A DNA stretch of 64,000 nucleotides, from contig CACBGP010000002.1 of the NCBI GenBank assembly GCA_902538745.1, positions 15,196 to 79,195 on the forward strand. Direction: 5' to 3'. The notes below the pieces were generated by a model, which made no database searches, was not told where the DNA came from, and saw nothing but the letters and a program-made list of their open reading frames with translations. A program made the translations under genes and the position numbers. Shown piece by piece: positions 36,102-46,802 of the stretch (position 1 is the first letter of the stretch; the number at the start of each line of letters is the position of its first letter). The stretch is from an uncultured Pelagibacteraceae bacterium. GTDB lineage: Bacteria > Pseudomonadota > Alphaproteobacteria > Pelagibacterales > Pelagibacteraceae.

Positions 36102-36440
36102 CTAGCTAATTTCATCTATCTTTGCTGCTAAAATGAAATCACTCTCTGCTAAACCTTTGATGGCATGGGTAAAAATTTTTATTCTAGCATAACCCCATCC
36201 AAACCATAAATCAGGATGGTGACCCTCTTCCTCTGCAATTTTACCAACATTGTTTACAAACTCTTGGCTTTGTAGAAAATCATTAAATTTAAAATTTTTA
36301 ATTAGATGAAATCCGTCAATTTTGTCCTCAACAACTTTCCATCCATCTACTTGTTTTAAATATTTATGAATTTCCTCTACATTAAAAGGAGGAATATTTC
36401 CTTCACAAGGAACACATTTTTTTTTTGCTAAATCGCTCAT
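36102..36440 (-). CDS. Pterin-4-alpha-carbinolamine dehydratase
   Basis: AEEEGHHPD, THAI.GL..SDFILAAKID. Start taken as ATG 36440. Confidence 0.92.
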   Translation of the reverse strand: MSDLAKKKCVPCEGNIPPFNVEEIHKYLKQVDGWKVVEDKIDGFHLIKNFKFNDFLQSQEFVNNVGKIAEEEGHHPDLWFGWGYARIKIFTHAIKGLAESDFILAAKIDEIS

Positions 36441-36455
36441 AATCAAATTTATTTA

Positions 36456-36530
36456 TGGAGCGGGCAAAGGGGGTCGAACCCTCGACCTTCTCGTTGGCAA
36501 CGAGACGCTCTACCACTGAGCTATGCCCGC
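36456..36530 (-). tRNA. tRNA-Gly (GCC)
   Basis: Reverse complement GCGGGCATAGCTCAGTGGTAGAGCGTCTCGTTGCCAACGAGAAGGTCGAGGGTTCGACCCCCTTTGCCCGCTCCA folds as a cloverleaf with anticodon GCC and encoded CCA. Confidence 0.97.
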
Positions 36531-36539
36531 ACATGAGAC

Positions 36540-36568
36540 AGTATATTAAGCTGTATTTTTTTATTCAA
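36540..36568 (-). promoter_or_regulatory. Sigma70-type promoter of tRNA-Gly
   Basis: TTGAAT-N17-TATACT ending 9 nt before the mature tRNA 5' end. Confidence 0.7.
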
Positions 36569-36597
36569 GCAATATTAAGTATGATATATTCAAAATT

Positions 36598-37245
36598 ATG
36601 AAAATAGAGGATTTACCAAAAAAAATTGCTGTTTTCCCGTTAAGTAACTTCATAGTTTTTCCTAAAACTACTGTGCCACTCAATATTTTTGAACCAAGAT
36701 ATGTAGATATGATTAATGATTGCATGCAATCTAATAAATTGATTGGAATGATCCAGCCAAAAATTATCAAAAATAAAAATTTAGACACTCCTGAGCTATA
36801 CAAAATTGGTTGTATGGGCAAAATTGTAAATTTACAAAAAACCGATGATGGTAGGTATTTAATAGAGCTTAAGGGTCTTATTAGATTTAATATAATAAGT
36901 GAGATTATGTCGAAGAAGAAATATCGAGAATGTGAGATTAGTTTTGATAAATTTTATGATGATTTATCAGATAAAAAGGAAAATTTAAAATTTTCAGATT
37001 TAGAATTAATTTTTAAAGATCTAAAAAATCTTTTTGAAAAAAGAGGTTTTGTAATAAATTGGAAGGCTTTAGAAAATCAGAGTTTAAATGAAACTATAAA
37101 TGCTTTGGCTATGGCATCTCCGTTCACCTTAGAGGAAAAACAAGTTTTATTAGAGACAGAAAATTTAGATGCACGAAAATCTAAAATAGCAGATATTTTA
37201 ACAACATACACATTTGATCAATTTAATAATACAACTATCCAGTAA
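36598..37245 (+). CDS. LON peptidase substrate-binding (N-terminal) domain protein
   Basis: FPL, PLNIFEPRY, IGMIQP, DGRYLI.L.G..RF and EKQ.LLE; no protease domain. Confidence 0.9.
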   Translation: MKIEDLPKKIAVFPLSNFIVFPKTTVPLNIFEPRYVDMINDCMQSNKLIGMIQPKIIKNKNLDTPELYKIGCMGKIVNLQKTDDGRYLIELKGLIRFNIISEIMSKKKYRECEISFDKFYDDLSDKKENLKFSDLELIFKDLKNLFEKRGFVINWKALENQSLNETINALAMASPFTLEEKQVLLETENLDARKSKIADILTTYTFDQFNNTTIQ

Positions 37246-37325
37246 ATACTAATCTTAGTCAACCTTCCAATATTTGATTTTAATAAAAAAAATTCAACTT
37301 TGTAAAATTCTCAAAATTTTTGTTT

Positions 37326-38183
37326 TTAATTTTTGCTCTTAGGCAATTGAAACTTAATTAAATCAAGACCTTCTCTAGAAAAGTCAATGGCAGATTTTAT
37401 TGTTGATGGATCCAACTCTTTCTCACCAAAATTCATTCTACCTTTATTAAAAAAACTTGGATCTGAACTTGTTTTTCTCATTTTTTCCAAGGAGGTTTCG
37501 TCAATTATTTTTGAAATTATTACTTCATCATCACTGCAGCCAAGATGTTGAAATATCTTTTTGATAATCTTTTTTTTATTCATACATAAATCCTCATAAG
37601 TAATTATCAAAAATTTATGAGGAATTTTTTTTATTTGTAGTAACAGATTTTTAACTTTTTTATTCCACAACTTTGACCTATGGATAATGTATTTATTTAA
37701 ATCTAATTCACCGTCAATTTTCATTATATTTAAGTGCTCTTCAGACTTTTCTTTTATATATAAACGTTGATTATGATCCCATGCTGATAGAGCTATATCA
37801 ATAGGGTTTCTGAAAATTAAAATTGTTCTACTGTTTGAAAAAACATTTGATAAATTTACCAAATTTTTGAGAAGAAAATTATTATCACTTATACCTATAA
37901 ATTTAACTTTTTCATTACGATTAATAGCAATATCTTTTATGAGATAAAAAAAATTTTTAAGAAATACCTCTTTATCTATCTTCTTATATTTTTCTGCACC
38001 TGTTCTAGATGCCAATAATGAAAGAATAAAATTATATTTTTTATGAAGATCTAAAAAACTTTGTGCCAAAAATTCTAGATTATCTTCTGAATTACAACTT
38101 ATTTCCGGATGAAGATCTAAGATTCTTTGAAGAAGAGTGGTACCAGATTTGGGCATTCCACCACAAAAAAACAAATTTGACAT
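37326..38183 (-). CDS. PAPS-dependent sulfotransferase
   Basis: 5'-PSB GMPKSGTTLL, 3'-PB IFRNPIDIALS, YEDL and FFNKG. Confidence 0.87.
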   Translation of the reverse strand: MSNLFFCGGMPKSGTTLLQRILDLHPEISCNSEDNLEFLAQSFLDLHKKYNFILSLLASRTGAEKYKKIDKEVFLKNFFYLIKDIAINRNEKVKFIGISDNNFLLKNLVNLSNVFSNSRTILIFRNPIDIALSAWDHNQRLYIKEKSEEHLNIMKIDGELDLNKYIIHRSKLWNKKVKNLLLQIKKIPHKFLIITYEDLCMNKKKIIKKIFQHLGCSDDEVIISKIIDETSLEKMRKTSSDPSFFNKGRMNFGEKELDPSTIKSAIDFSREGLDLIKFQLPKSKN

Positions 38184-38236
38184 AATTTTATAAAACTACT
38201 TCAGAGTAACAAATTAAGCAAGATTCCTAAACCTAT

Positions 38237-39307
38237 CTAAAACAAAAATCCGTTATCAGCAATTTTGATAAATTTTTTATTAAGGTTTGAGTTATTACCA
38301 AAAAATTTTACTGTTTTACTTAATATTTTACTTTTTGTTTTTCTCTCAAAATTAAAAAACTCATAAATAAAATCTATTCCATTAGAAAAGATATAATTAA
38401 TATGTTTTGATTTTTTTTCAAATTCATGATTTACGGATACATTCAAAGGTAAACCTAGATTTATTTTTTTTTGTATAATTTCAGAAAAAATTTTTATATC
38501 TCTTAATGTCATGTTAAAACCTTGTCCAGCTAAGGGATGGATCTTATGTAACAAATCTCCAAAAGCTAAAATATTGTCGTGGTAATAATTTCTTAAATTA
38601 GACATTTGAAGTTCAAACTGGGAAAAATTATTAATATGCAAAATATTATAAAATTTATTATAAAATCTAATTAAATCCTTAAAATTGATTTTTTGGTTTC
38701 CTTTTACAGAATAAACTACTGAAGTTTCAAATTTAGAAATTGGTAGGAAAGCTAATGGACCTTTTGATGTAAAAATTTGAATCGCCTTATTATTATTTAT
38801 TTTTGAGTGTTTAATTATTGTTGTATAAGCAAAATTGTTGTACTTTTTAGTAATTCTTTTAAGAAAATATTTTTTTGTTATAAAATTTGAGTTCTCACAA
38901 TTTATAATCAAATCATATCCTCGTTTTAAAGTATCCTGATTTATCAAATTCTTTTTAAATTTGCATAATTTATCTCTTTTTAATTTTTTTGATAAATGAT
39001 CCATAAGCTCGTGATTTCTTATTACTGAAAAAAGTTTTTGGTTATTATTTTGAAAGTTTAATATTCTTTCGTAATTTAAATTTTCACTATAAATTTCTAT
39101 TTTATTAATATTCCATGATAATTTATTGATATCTAAAATCTCCTTATTAAAAAAATCTAAATTAATTTTTGAAATTCCTATTGTTCGATTAAAGTTAGTT
39201 TTGTCCTTCTTCTTATTGGAAATGATATCAACACATATACCTTTATTAACTAAACTTTTTGCAAGTGTTAAACTTGTTAATCCATTGCCTAAAATACATA
39301 CATTCAT
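38237..39307 (-). CDS. UbiH/UbiF/Coq6-family flavin hydroxylase (compact)
   Basis: GPLAFLP and GD..H.IHPLAGQGFN..LRD. Start taken as ATG 39307. Divergent from ftsK, as in other alphaproteobacteria. Confidence 0.82.
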   Translation of the reverse strand: MNVCILGNGLTSLTLAKSLVNKGICVDIISNKKKDKTNFNRTIGISKINLDFFNKEILDINKLSWNINKIEIYSENLNYERILNFQNNNQKLFSVIRNHELMDHLSKKLKRDKLCKFKKNLINQDTLKRGYDLIINCENSNFITKKYFLKRITKKYNNFAYTTIIKHSKINNNKAIQIFTSKGPLAFLPISKFETSVVYSVKGNQKINFKDLIRFYNKFYNILHINNFSQFELQMSNLRNYYHDNILAFGDLLHKIHPLAGQGFNMTLRDIKIFSEIIQKKINLGLPLNVSVNHEFEKKSKHINYIFSNGIDFIYEFFNFERKTKSKILSKTVKFFGNNSNLNKKFIKIADNGFLF

Positions 39308-39338
39308 AATAAATTTTAATTTTAACAATAAAAATTAG

Positions 39339-41465
39339 ATGATACAAAGATATATATTTGATTCATCTGCTATGGATATAAAAAAAATTGGTAATTCAAT
39401 ATTAATTTTTATCACTAAGAGATTAATAGAAATCTCAGGAATTATCATTACAATATTGGGTATTCTCCTTTTTTTAGCTCTGATATCTTATTCGCCAGAA
39501 GATCCTAATTTTATATTTCCTGAAAATTTAGAAATAAAAAATTTTTTAGGCTTTAAAGGCAGTTATACATCAGATCTTTTTCTTCAATCTGTGGGTCTTA
39601 TTGCCTTTTTAATACCTATAACATTTACACTTTCTGGAATTAATATTTTTAGAAAAAAAGAAATCTTTTTATTTTTAGAAAACTTATTTTTTATAATTAT
39701 CTATTCTGGTATTGGCTCACTTTTTTTTAGTTATTTTTACACGGACTCATTCGATCTTTATATTAATGGAAATGGAGGCTTTATTGGAGAATATCTAAAT
39801 AGTACATTTTTTAATTCATTAATTAGTTTAAATGAAATAATTTCTTTTTACATTTTAATTATAGTTATCTTTATTCTATTTTTAACAAGTATTAATTTTA
39901 ATTTTAAAGGGTTTTTTACGATTATTGGAAAACTTTTTAAATCTTTATTTAATAAAAAAGAAAAAAATTATACTAATAAAAATGAGATTATTAAAGAATA
40001 TATACCTCAAGATGAAATAAAAAATTTAATTCAAGAAGATTTGCCGTTCATAAAGGCTGAGAAAACTTTTTTAAAGGATAGTAATAATTATAAATTACCA
40101 TCTTTAGAATTACTCAAAACTCCTTCAAATAATGAGAGAAAAAAAATGGACAAAAATGATACTATAGATCCAACTTTCATTGAAAAGATACTTTTAGATT
40201 TTGGTGTAAATGGGAAAATTAAAAAAGTTAGTCACGGACCTGTTGTTACTTTAAATGAGTTTGAGCCAGCCGCGGGAATAAAGGTTTCAAAAATAGTAAA
40301 TCTTTCAGATGATATTGCAAGAAATACAAGTTCAGAGTCTGCAAGGATATCCACTATACCTGGGAGTAATACTATTGGTATAGAGTTGCCAAATATTCAA
40401 CGAGAAAATGTTTATTTGAGTGAAATCCTAAGTAACCCAAATTTTAAAAAAAAAGATATAAAATTACCAATCGCATTAGGTAAAAATATTTCTGGAGAAC
40501 CAATCGTGAGAGACTTGACATCGATGCCTCACTTATTAATTGCAGGTACCACGGGTTCAGGAAAATCAGTTTGTATAAATACAATTATTCTCTCATTACT
40601 TTACCGGCATCATCCTGATAAATGTAAATTCATTTTAATTGATCCAAAAATGCTTGAGCTATCAACTTATGAGGGTGTGCCTCATTTGCTCTGTCCTGTG
40701 ATCACTGAAGCAAAAAAAGCCGCCTCAGTATTGGGTTGGGTAGTAAAAGAAATGGAAAGCAGATACAGATTGATGACTAAAGAGGGTGTTAGAAACATTG
40801 ATGGATATAATTTAAAACATAAACTTCCAATGCCTTATATAGTCGTCGTTGTCGATGAAATGTCTGACCTAATGTTAGTTGCTGGAAAAGAAATAGAGAA
40901 CTATATACAAAAATTATCCCAAATGGCTAGAGCAGCAGGTATCCATATTATAATGGCAACCCAAAGACCAAGTGTTGATGTTATAACAGGAACTATAAAA
41001 GCAAATTTTCCAACTCGTATTTCATTTCAAGTAACATCAAAAATAGATAGTAGGACAATTTTAGGAGAACAAGGTGCTGAACAATTACTTGGTAAAGGAG
41101 ATATGCTGTACATGTCGTCTGCAAATAAAGTTGTGAGAATTCATGCGCCCTATGTGTCTGAAAATGAGATTGAAAAAATTAATAATCACCTAAGATCTCA
41201 AGCTGAACCTGATTATATTGATGAAATTTTAAATTTTGTAGACGAAAAAGAAATGATAGAAAATTCAAAAAATCAGGGTGATAAAGATGAATTATACAGT
41301 GATGCAGTTGAAATTATTAAATCAGAGGGAAAAGCCTCAACATCTTTTTTACAAAGAAAATTACAAATTGGATACAATCGAGCCGCAAGAATTATTGATA
41401 TGATGGAAGCAGAAGGGATTGTAAGCAAAGCTAATCATGTTGGAAAACGTGATGTTTTGAAATGA
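39339..41465 (+). CDS. ftsK: DNA translocase FtsK
   Basis: N-terminal TM helices, PHLLIAGTTGSGKS, IDPKMLELS, ATQRPSVDV and gamma domain LQRKLQIGYNRAAR. The start could be ATG 39372. Confidence 0.96.
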   Translation: MIQRYIFDSSAMDIKKIGNSILIFITKRLIEISGIIITILGILLFLALISYSPEDPNFIFPENLEIKNFLGFKGSYTSDLFLQSVGLIAFLIPITFTLSGINIFRKKEIFLFLENLFFIIIYSGIGSLFFSYFYTDSFDLYINGNGGFIGEYLNSTFFNSLISLNEIISFYILIIVIFILFLTSINFNFKGFFTIIGKLFKSLFNKKEKNYTNKNEIIKEYIPQDEIKNLIQEDLPFIKAEKTFLKDSNNYKLPSLELLKTPSNNERKKMDKNDTIDPTFIEKILLDFGVNGKIKKVSHGPVVTLNEFEPAAGIKVSKIVNLSDDIARNTSSESARISTIPGSNTIGIELPNIQRENVYLSEILSNPNFKKKDIKLPIALGKNISGEPIVRDLTSMPHLLIAGTTGSGKSVCINTIILSLLYRHHPDKCKFILIDPKMLELSTYEGVPHLLCPVITEAKKAASVLGWVVKEMESRYRLMTKEGVRNIDGYNLKHKLPMPYIVVVVDEMSDLMLVAGKEIENYIQKLSQMARAAGIHIIMATQRPSVDVITGTIKANFPTRISFQVTSKIDSRTILGEQGAEQLLGKGDMLYMSSANKVVRIHAPYVSENEIEKINNHLRSQAEPDYIDEILNFVDEKEMIENSKNQGDKDELYSDAVEIIKSEGKASTSFLQRKLQIGYNRAARIIDMMEAEGIVSKANHVGKRDVLK

Positions 41466-42019
41466 AAAAATTTTACTTTATTATATTCTTTCTTTTCTTA
41501 GTAAATGAAAGTTCAGCCTCTATCAAAAATAATATTATTCAAAAACTTAATTTTATAGAGAACATGTCTTTTAATTTTGAACAAAATATCAATGATAAAA
41601 TTGAAAAAGGAAAATGTATATTACAATACCCAAAAAAAATTTTTTGTGAATATGATTTGAGTAATAAAAAAATTTTAGTCTCAAACGGAAAATCGTTTGT
41701 GATTAAAACTACTTCTAGTTATTATCTATATCCTCTTAAAAAAACACCTCTAGATCTTATATTGGATAAAAAGTTTTTATTAGATAGAATTAGTGAGACA
41801 GATAAATATTACTCAGATAAAAAAATTATAGCTTTTAAGTTTTACAAAAATGAGAATGAAATAAATTTATTTTTTGACAAGAAAACTTTAAATTTAAAAG
41901 GATGGCAAACAATAGACTTATATCAAAATCTCAATATTGTTTATTTATCATCTATTAGAATTAATCAGAAAATTGAGGAAAAAAAATTTATTCTTCCAAG
42001 CTCTGAGTTAGAAAATTAA
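41462..42019 (+). CDS. lolA: Outer-membrane lipoprotein carrier LolA
   Basis: Signal peptide, FEQ, P.K..EY, VSNGK and YPL.KTPL; follows ftsK. Confidence 0.85.
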   Translation: MKKFYFIIFFLFLVNESSASIKNNIIQKLNFIENMSFNFEQNINDKIEKGKCILQYPKKIFCEYDLSNKKILVSNGKSFVIKTTSSYYLYPLKKTPLDLILDKKFLLDRISETDKYYSDKKIIAFKFYKNENEINLFFDKKTLNLKGWQTIDLYQNLNIVYLSSIRINQKIEEKKFILPSSELEN

Positions 42020-42025
42020 CAAAAA

Positions 42026-42529
42026 TTAAATTTGAATTGTTTCGGTCATAAAAACTTTCATCCCCCTGGATAAATAATTATTTAAAGCATTTTTATGATC
42101 TAAAGAGCAAGTGTGCACCCATACTCTTTTGGGTTTTTGTAAAAAAGATTCTTTAATTGCATTAGATAATAAATAAGATCCAATTTTTTTATTGTGATAT
42201 TCCTCTAATAAGCCAAGATAGGCTATCTCAACCTCATTCTCACTTTGATGAAAGATTAATTCAAAATAACCGGCAAGGTCTTTTTTGTTCTTTAAAATGT
42301 AAGTTTTAAGATTTTTATTTGTTGTATAGTTAATCCATTGCTTATCATTCCATAACAGTCTATCGGTCCAACGATGGTTTTTACCTATACTTTTATAAAA
42401 AAACTTATTTAATTGAAAGTTTGGTGGATTAATAAGATCTATAGTAAATTCTTTAGGTACAATTTTTACATCAATCAAATCATCAATTGAGTAAATTTCT
42501 AGATAATTTCTTTTAACTTCTAAGCTCAT
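42026..42529 (-). CDS. GNAT family N-acetyltransferase
   Basis: AGYFEL, IAYLGL, RVWVHTCSLDH..AL.NY..RG. Confidence 0.88.
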   Translation of the reverse strand: MSLEVKRNYLEIYSIDDLIDVKIVPKEFTIDLINPPNFQLNKFFYKSIGKNHRWTDRLLWNDKQWINYTTNKNLKTYILKNKKDLAGYFELIFHQSENEVEIAYLGLLEEYHNKKIGSYLLSNAIKESFLQKPKRVWVHTCSLDHKNALNNYLSRGMKVFMTETIQI

Positions 42530-42891
42530 TGAACCATCTTACCTACCTTCTCACCTCCAAATAAATGAAAATGCAAGTGCGGAACTTCTTGCCCCCCATA
42601 TTCACTTATGTTAGCAAGTGCTCTGTAACCTTTTCCAGTATCAACGGAAATATTAAGTTTTTTTGCAACTATATTTATACCTTTTATCAATCCTACAATT
42701 TCATCATTAGAGGCATTAATAGCAAAATCATCTAAATCAATATATTTTCCTTTTGGTATGACAAGTGCATGAATTTTCTTTTGAGGATTAATATCATAAA
42801 AAGATAAGACAAAATCATCCTCATAAATTTTTTTGCATGGTATTTCTTCTCTTAAAATTTTTGCAAAAATATTATTGTTATCATAAGCCAT
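42526..42891 (-). CDS. HIT (histidine triad) nucleotide-binding protein
   Basis: NIFAKILR.EIP and QEVPHLHFH. Confidence 0.95.
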   Translation of the reverse strand: MAYDNNNIFAKILREEIPCKKIYEDDFVLSFYDINPQKKIHALVIPKGKYIDLDDFAINASNDEIVGLIKGINIVAKKLNISVDTGKGYRALANISEYGGQEVPHLHFHLFGGEKVGKMVQ

Positions 42892-43232
42892 TAAAAAACC
42901 TCTATTTCTTCATTAATGCTAATAATTTTACCACCTTTTAAATTAGCATCAACGACTGCGCATTCATAATAAGCAAAAGATGTTTCCTCAGCAATTTGCT
43001 TCATTTCCAGACATTTAGACTTATCTTTCACAAATAAATGCTCATTTAATTGTGGAGGATCACCTAAGTACATTATAAGAGCTATAACTTCTCCTTGTCT
43101 TTCAAAATCTGCTGCTTCCTCAAGTTCTACGATCCTGTCAGAAACTCCTATTTCAAAATCCGTAAATGCTTCGTAACCTTTATAAAAAACAAAACCCAAT
43201 ATTAAAAAAAATATAATCTTAATTTTACTCAT
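42891..43232 (-). CDS. Hypothetical membrane-anchored protein
   Basis: 113 aa, N-terminal hydrophobic segment, two Cys; overlaps both neighbours. Confidence 0.7.
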   Translation of the reverse strand: MSKIKIIFFLILGFVFYKGYEAFTDFEIGVSDRIVELEEAADFERQGEVIALIMYLGDPPQLNEHLFVKDKSKCLEMKQIAEETSFAYYECAVVDANLKGGKIISINEEIEVF

Positions 43233-43506
43233 TAGATTTTTTTCTTTTTTCTAACTCTTCTTCAACATCCTCAATCTTAATATTATGTGCCTCAAGATAA
43301 ATTATCAAATGATAAAATACGTCAGCAGCTTCATGGATTTTATTAGTGTCCTTATCTACCGCCTCAATCAACTCATTTATTTCCTCTAAAACTTTTGATT
43401 TGCTTAACGATTTATTTAATAATAGTTTATTAGTATAAGACCCATCGATTGGTCTTTCTTTTCTTTCACGCGCTAGTTTAAATAGGTTTTCTAGAGTACT
43501 AAGCAT
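43225..43506 (-). CDS. hisE: Phosphoribosyl-ATP pyrophosphatase
   Basis: SYT.KL, KV.EE..E and EAADV.YHL. Start moved from 43554 to ATG 43506. Confidence 0.92.
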   Translation of the reverse strand: MLSTLENLFKLARERKERPIDGSYTNKLLLNKSLSKSKVLEEINELIEAVDKDTNKIHEAADVFYHLIIYLEAHNIKIEDVEEELEKRKKSNE

Positions 43507-43507
43507 A

Positions 43508-44263
43508 TCAAATTCTAACAGGAATTCCTTTTGAGTCCAAATATTCCTTGGCATCTTTCACTGAATATTTTCCATAGTGAAAAATTGATGCTGCCAAAAC
43601 TGCACTAGCATTTCCTAATTTAATACCATCAACCAAATGATCTAGATTACCAACACCTCCTGAGGCAATTAAAGGTATATTTACTTTTGATGCAATTTTA
43701 CTCATCAAATCTACATCATATCCTATTTGTGTTCCATCTCTATCCATAGAAGTTACTAATAACTCACCTGCACCATTTTCCTCCATTTTTTTTGCATACT
43801 CTAACGCATCAATTCCACTATTATTTCTTCCCCCATGTGTAAAGACTTCCCATTTATCTCCATTTTTTTTAGCATCAATTGCTACAACAATACATTGGGA
43901 GCCAAACTTTTTTGCGCTTTCAAGCACTACTTTTGAATTTGTAACAGCCGCCGTATTGATCGAAACTTTATCTGCACCACAATTGAGTAATTTATTTATA
44001 TCCTCCACACTTCTTACTCCTCCACCAACAGTTAAAGGCACAAAGCATTTTTTTGAAGTTCTTTTAACAACATTATAAATTGTTTCTCTATTTTCATTTG
44101 ATGCTGTTATGTCTAGAAAACAAATTTCATCTGCTCCACCATCGCTATAAATTTTAGCTTGCTCTACGGGATCTCCTGCATCTTTTAAATCTACAAAGTT
44201 AATCCCCTTTACAACACGCCCATTCTTGACATCTAAACAAGGGATTATTCTGTTTTTAAGCAT
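43508..44263 (-). CDS. hisF: Imidazole glycerol phosphate synthase cyclase subunit
   Basis: [22 protein letters not shown] and TSMDRDGT. Confidence 0.97.
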   Translation of the reverse strand: MLKNRIIPCLDVKNGRVVKGINFVDLKDAGDPVEQAKIYSDGGADEICFLDITASNENRETIYNVVKRTSKKCFVPLTVGGGVRSVEDINKLLNCGADKVSINTAAVTNSKVVLESAKKFGSQCIVVAIDAKKNGDKWEVFTHGGRNNSGIDALEYAKKMEENGAGELLVTSMDRDGTQIGYDVDLMSKIASKVNIPLIASGGVGNLDHLVDGIKLGNASAVLAASIFHYGKYSVKDAKEYLDSKGIPVRI

Positions 44264-44972
44264 CTTCTTTTACCAATTCTTCCAACTTAATATTACCATC
44301 ATAGATAGCTTTACCGACAATTATACCTTCGATATTTTTCAAAGTTTTAGCTTTTTTAACGTCATCTATTGATGAAACGCCTCCAGATATAATTACAGGA
44401 CAATTTGCTATTTCAGCAACTTTTGATGTTTCCTCAAAATTTGGGCTTTGCTTCATCCCATCTCTATTAATGTCTGTATAGATCAATCTGCTTACACCAT
44501 AATCATTTATTTCTTTTAGATAATCCAAAGTCAATTGATTAGAATTTTCCTTCCAACCAGATACTGACAAATAACCATCTTTTGCATCTAAACCTATGGC
44601 AATTTTATCTGGAAATTTTACACATGCTTCTTTCAAAAAATTTTTGTCTTTAATAGCGGCACTTCCTAAAATTACTTTCTCAACACCAGTATCAATGTAT
44701 TCTTTAATACTATCAATATTTCTAATACCACCACCTACCTCAACATTTAAATTAAATTTGCCAATTATATCCTTAATAATATCTAAATTCACTGTTACAC
44801 CAGTCAAAGCACCATCTAAATCAACTATGTGTAAATTTTTAAATCCATGATCTTTAAATTTTCCTGCTTGTTCAATTGGAGACATTTCATACTCAGTTTT
44901 GTTGTCAAAATCTCCTTTAATTAATCTTACACACTTTTTATCTTTAATGTCTATTGCAGGAAATATCTTCAT
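44256..44972 (-). CDS. hisA: ProFAR isomerase
   Basis: [19 protein letters not shown] and TDINRDG. Confidence 0.96.
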   Translation of the reverse strand: MKIFPAIDIKDKKCVRLIKGDFDNKTEYEMSPIEQAGKFKDHGFKNLHIVDLDGALTGVTVNLDIIKDIIGKFNLNVEVGGGIRNIDSIKEYIDTGVEKVILGSAAIKDKNFLKEACVKFPDKIAIGLDAKDGYLSVSGWKENSNQLTLDYLKEINDYGVSRLIYTDINRDGMKQSPNFEETSKVAEIANCPVIISGGVSSIDDVKKAKTLKNIEGIIVGKAIYDGNIKLEELVKEDA

Positions 44973-45599
44973 TTACAAATTCATAAAATTATCAATTATT
45001 TTTAATCCTATTTTATCACTCTTTTCTGGGTGAAACTGAGTTCCAAAAATATTTTCTTTCTCAACTGAACAAACTATATTTGAGCAATAATCTGTAGTTG
45101 CTGCAATCACACTCTTATCATTTGGTATAATTTCATAACTATGTACAAAATACATATGAGAATTATTTTTTATTTCTTTAAAGATCTTACTTTCTTTTAC
45201 AATATTGATTTGATTCCAACCAATATGAGGTAGTTTAAATTTACCATTTTGGTTATCTATTTTAGAAACTTTACCCGAAATCCATCCTAATCCGTTAGTT
45301 TCGGTTTCTTCATAACCAACATCAGCAAACATTTGTAAACCAACACAAATACCAAGTAATGGTTTTTTATTATTTATTACAAATTCGTTTAGAGTTTCCT
45401 TTAGACCATCAATTTTATTTAGAGCATCTACACAACTTTTAAATGATCCCTGGCCTGGTAAAACTAATTTGTCACTTGATTTAATCTTAACTAAATCTGA
45501 AGTTACCTCGATATTTACTTTATTTTTAGCAACTTCTTCAAATGAGTTTATCACCGAGCTAATATTGCCCGAATTATAGTCAACAATTGTAACTTTCAT
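44973..45599 (-). CDS. hisH: Imidazole glycerol phosphate synthase glutaminase subunit
   Basis: LPGQG, GICVG.Q, PHIGWN, YFVHSY and QFHPEKS. Confidence 0.96.
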   Translation of the reverse strand: MKVTIVDYNSGNISSVINSFEEVAKNKVNIEVTSDLVKIKSSDKLVLPGQGSFKSCVDALNKIDGLKETLNEFVINNKKPLLGICVGLQMFADVGYEETETNGLGWISGKVSKIDNQNGKFKLPHIGWNQINIVKESKIFKEIKNNSHMYFVHSYEIIPNDKSVIAATTDYCSNIVCSVEKENIFGTQFHPEKSDKIGLKIIDNFMNL

Positions 45600-45604
45600 T
45601 AAGC

Positions 45605-46195
45605 TTATAAAGAACCTTTTGTAGAAGGAATAGTTTTTTTATTCCTTGGATCTATCTCTAATGCAGCTCTTAAGGATCTTGCTAAACCTTTAAAGCAAGA
45701 CTCTATTATGTGGTGACTGTTATCACCATAAATATTCTCCACGTGTAAAGTAATTCCAGCAGCTTGTGAAAATGCTTGAAACCATTCTTTAAAAAGTTCA
45801 GTATCCATTTCACCCAGTTTTTCAACTTTAAGATTAACATTCCAAATCAAGTAGGGTCTATTAGAAATATCAAGAGCTACACGCGATAAGGTTTCATCCA
45901 TAGGTATCATTGCATGAGCATATCTTCTAATGCCAACAGATTTTTTTAAAGCTTTCTTTAAAGCCTCACCTATCGCAATACCAGTATCTTCAGTAGTGTG
46001 GTGAAGATCTATATGAGTATCTCCTCTGGCTTTGATTGTCATGTCAATAGAGGAATGTTTAGATAACTGTTCTAACATGTGATTTAAGAAACCTATGCCT
46101 GTATCAATTTTATATTTACCTTTTCCATCAATATTCAAATCAACACTGATACTTGTCTCTTTGGTTTTTCGACTAATTTTGCCTTTACGCTTCAT
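45605..46195 (-). CDS. hisB: Imidazoleglycerol-phosphate dehydratase
   Basis: RKTKET, HHTTED, PMDE and NSHH..E..FK. Confidence 0.96.
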   Translation of the reverse strand: MKRKGKISRKTKETSISVDLNIDGKGKYKIDTGIGFLNHMLEQLSKHSSIDMTIKARGDTHIDLHHTTEDTGIAIGEALKKALKKSVGIRRYAHAMIPMDETLSRVALDISNRPYLIWNVNLKVEKLGEMDTELFKEWFQAFSQAAGITLHVENIYGDNSHHIIESCFKGLARSLRAALEIDPRNKKTIPSTKGSL

Positions 46196-46251
46196 AATTA
46201 AAAAGAGGTATACATATATTATTCAATTATGGCAATAATACTAACTCTGGG

Positions 46252-46279
46252 CTTGAAGTATCAAAATTAGTATCCATTT
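46252..46279 (+). promoter_or_regulatory. Putative sigma32 (RpoH) promoter of hslVU
   Basis: CTTGAA-N16-CCATTT, 7 nt upstream of the hslV ATG. Confidence 0.6.
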
Positions 46280-46286
46280 ATAAGCT

Positions 46287-46802
46287 ATGACAACAATTGT
46301 ATTAGTTAGAAAAAACAAAGAAGTCGTAGTTGCAGGTGATGGACAGGTAAGTATGGGAAATACAGTCGTGAAAAGCACTGCCTCAAAAGTAAGAAAAATT
46401 GATAAAAGAGGTGTCGTAGCAGGATTTGCAGGCTCTACAGCAGATGCTTTAACTTTGTTTGAAAGACTAGAAGCAAAATTAGAAAAACATGCAGGAAATT
46501 TATCTAGAGCAGCAGTAGAGTTAGCAAAAGATTGGCGAACAGATAAATATTTAAGAAGGCTCGAAGCTTTAATGGCAATAGGTGATAAAGAAAACAGTTA
46601 TATAATTTCAGGTACAGGAGATGTATTAGAGCCCGAAGGAGATGTGATTGGAATTGGTTCAGGCGGAAATTATGCACTAGCAGCAGGAAAAGTTTTAATC
46701 GGAACAGAAATGAGTGCTGAACAAGTTGCAAAAAAAGCGATAGAGGTTGCAGCAGAAATTTGTGTTTTCACGAACAATAATGTTAAAATTGAAAAAATAT
46801 AA
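46287..46802 (+). CDS. hslV: ATP-dependent protease subunit HslV
   Basis: N-terminal [17 protein letters not shown] and GSGG.YA. Confidence 0.97.
   Translation: MTTIVLVRKNKEVVVAGDGQVSMGNTVVKSTASKVRKIDKRGVVAGFAGSTADALTLFERLEAKLEKHAGNLSRAAVELAKDWRTDKYLRRLEALMAIGDKENSYIISGTGDVLEPEGDVIGIGSGGNYALAAGKVLIGTEMSAEQVAKKAIEVAAEICVFTNNNVKIEKI

Noticed and set aside
36456-38183. tRNA-Gly as a possible integration site for the nearby sulfotransferase
   Set aside because: No integrase or duplicated tRNA 3' end was seen, and the tRNA is flanked by ordinary core genes.
38237-39307. UbiH-like gene as a possible pseudogene (short, GNGLTS instead of GxGxxG)
   Set aside because: The ORF is uninterrupted, keeps the C-terminal FAD motif and its usual position; more likely a compact divergent ortholog.
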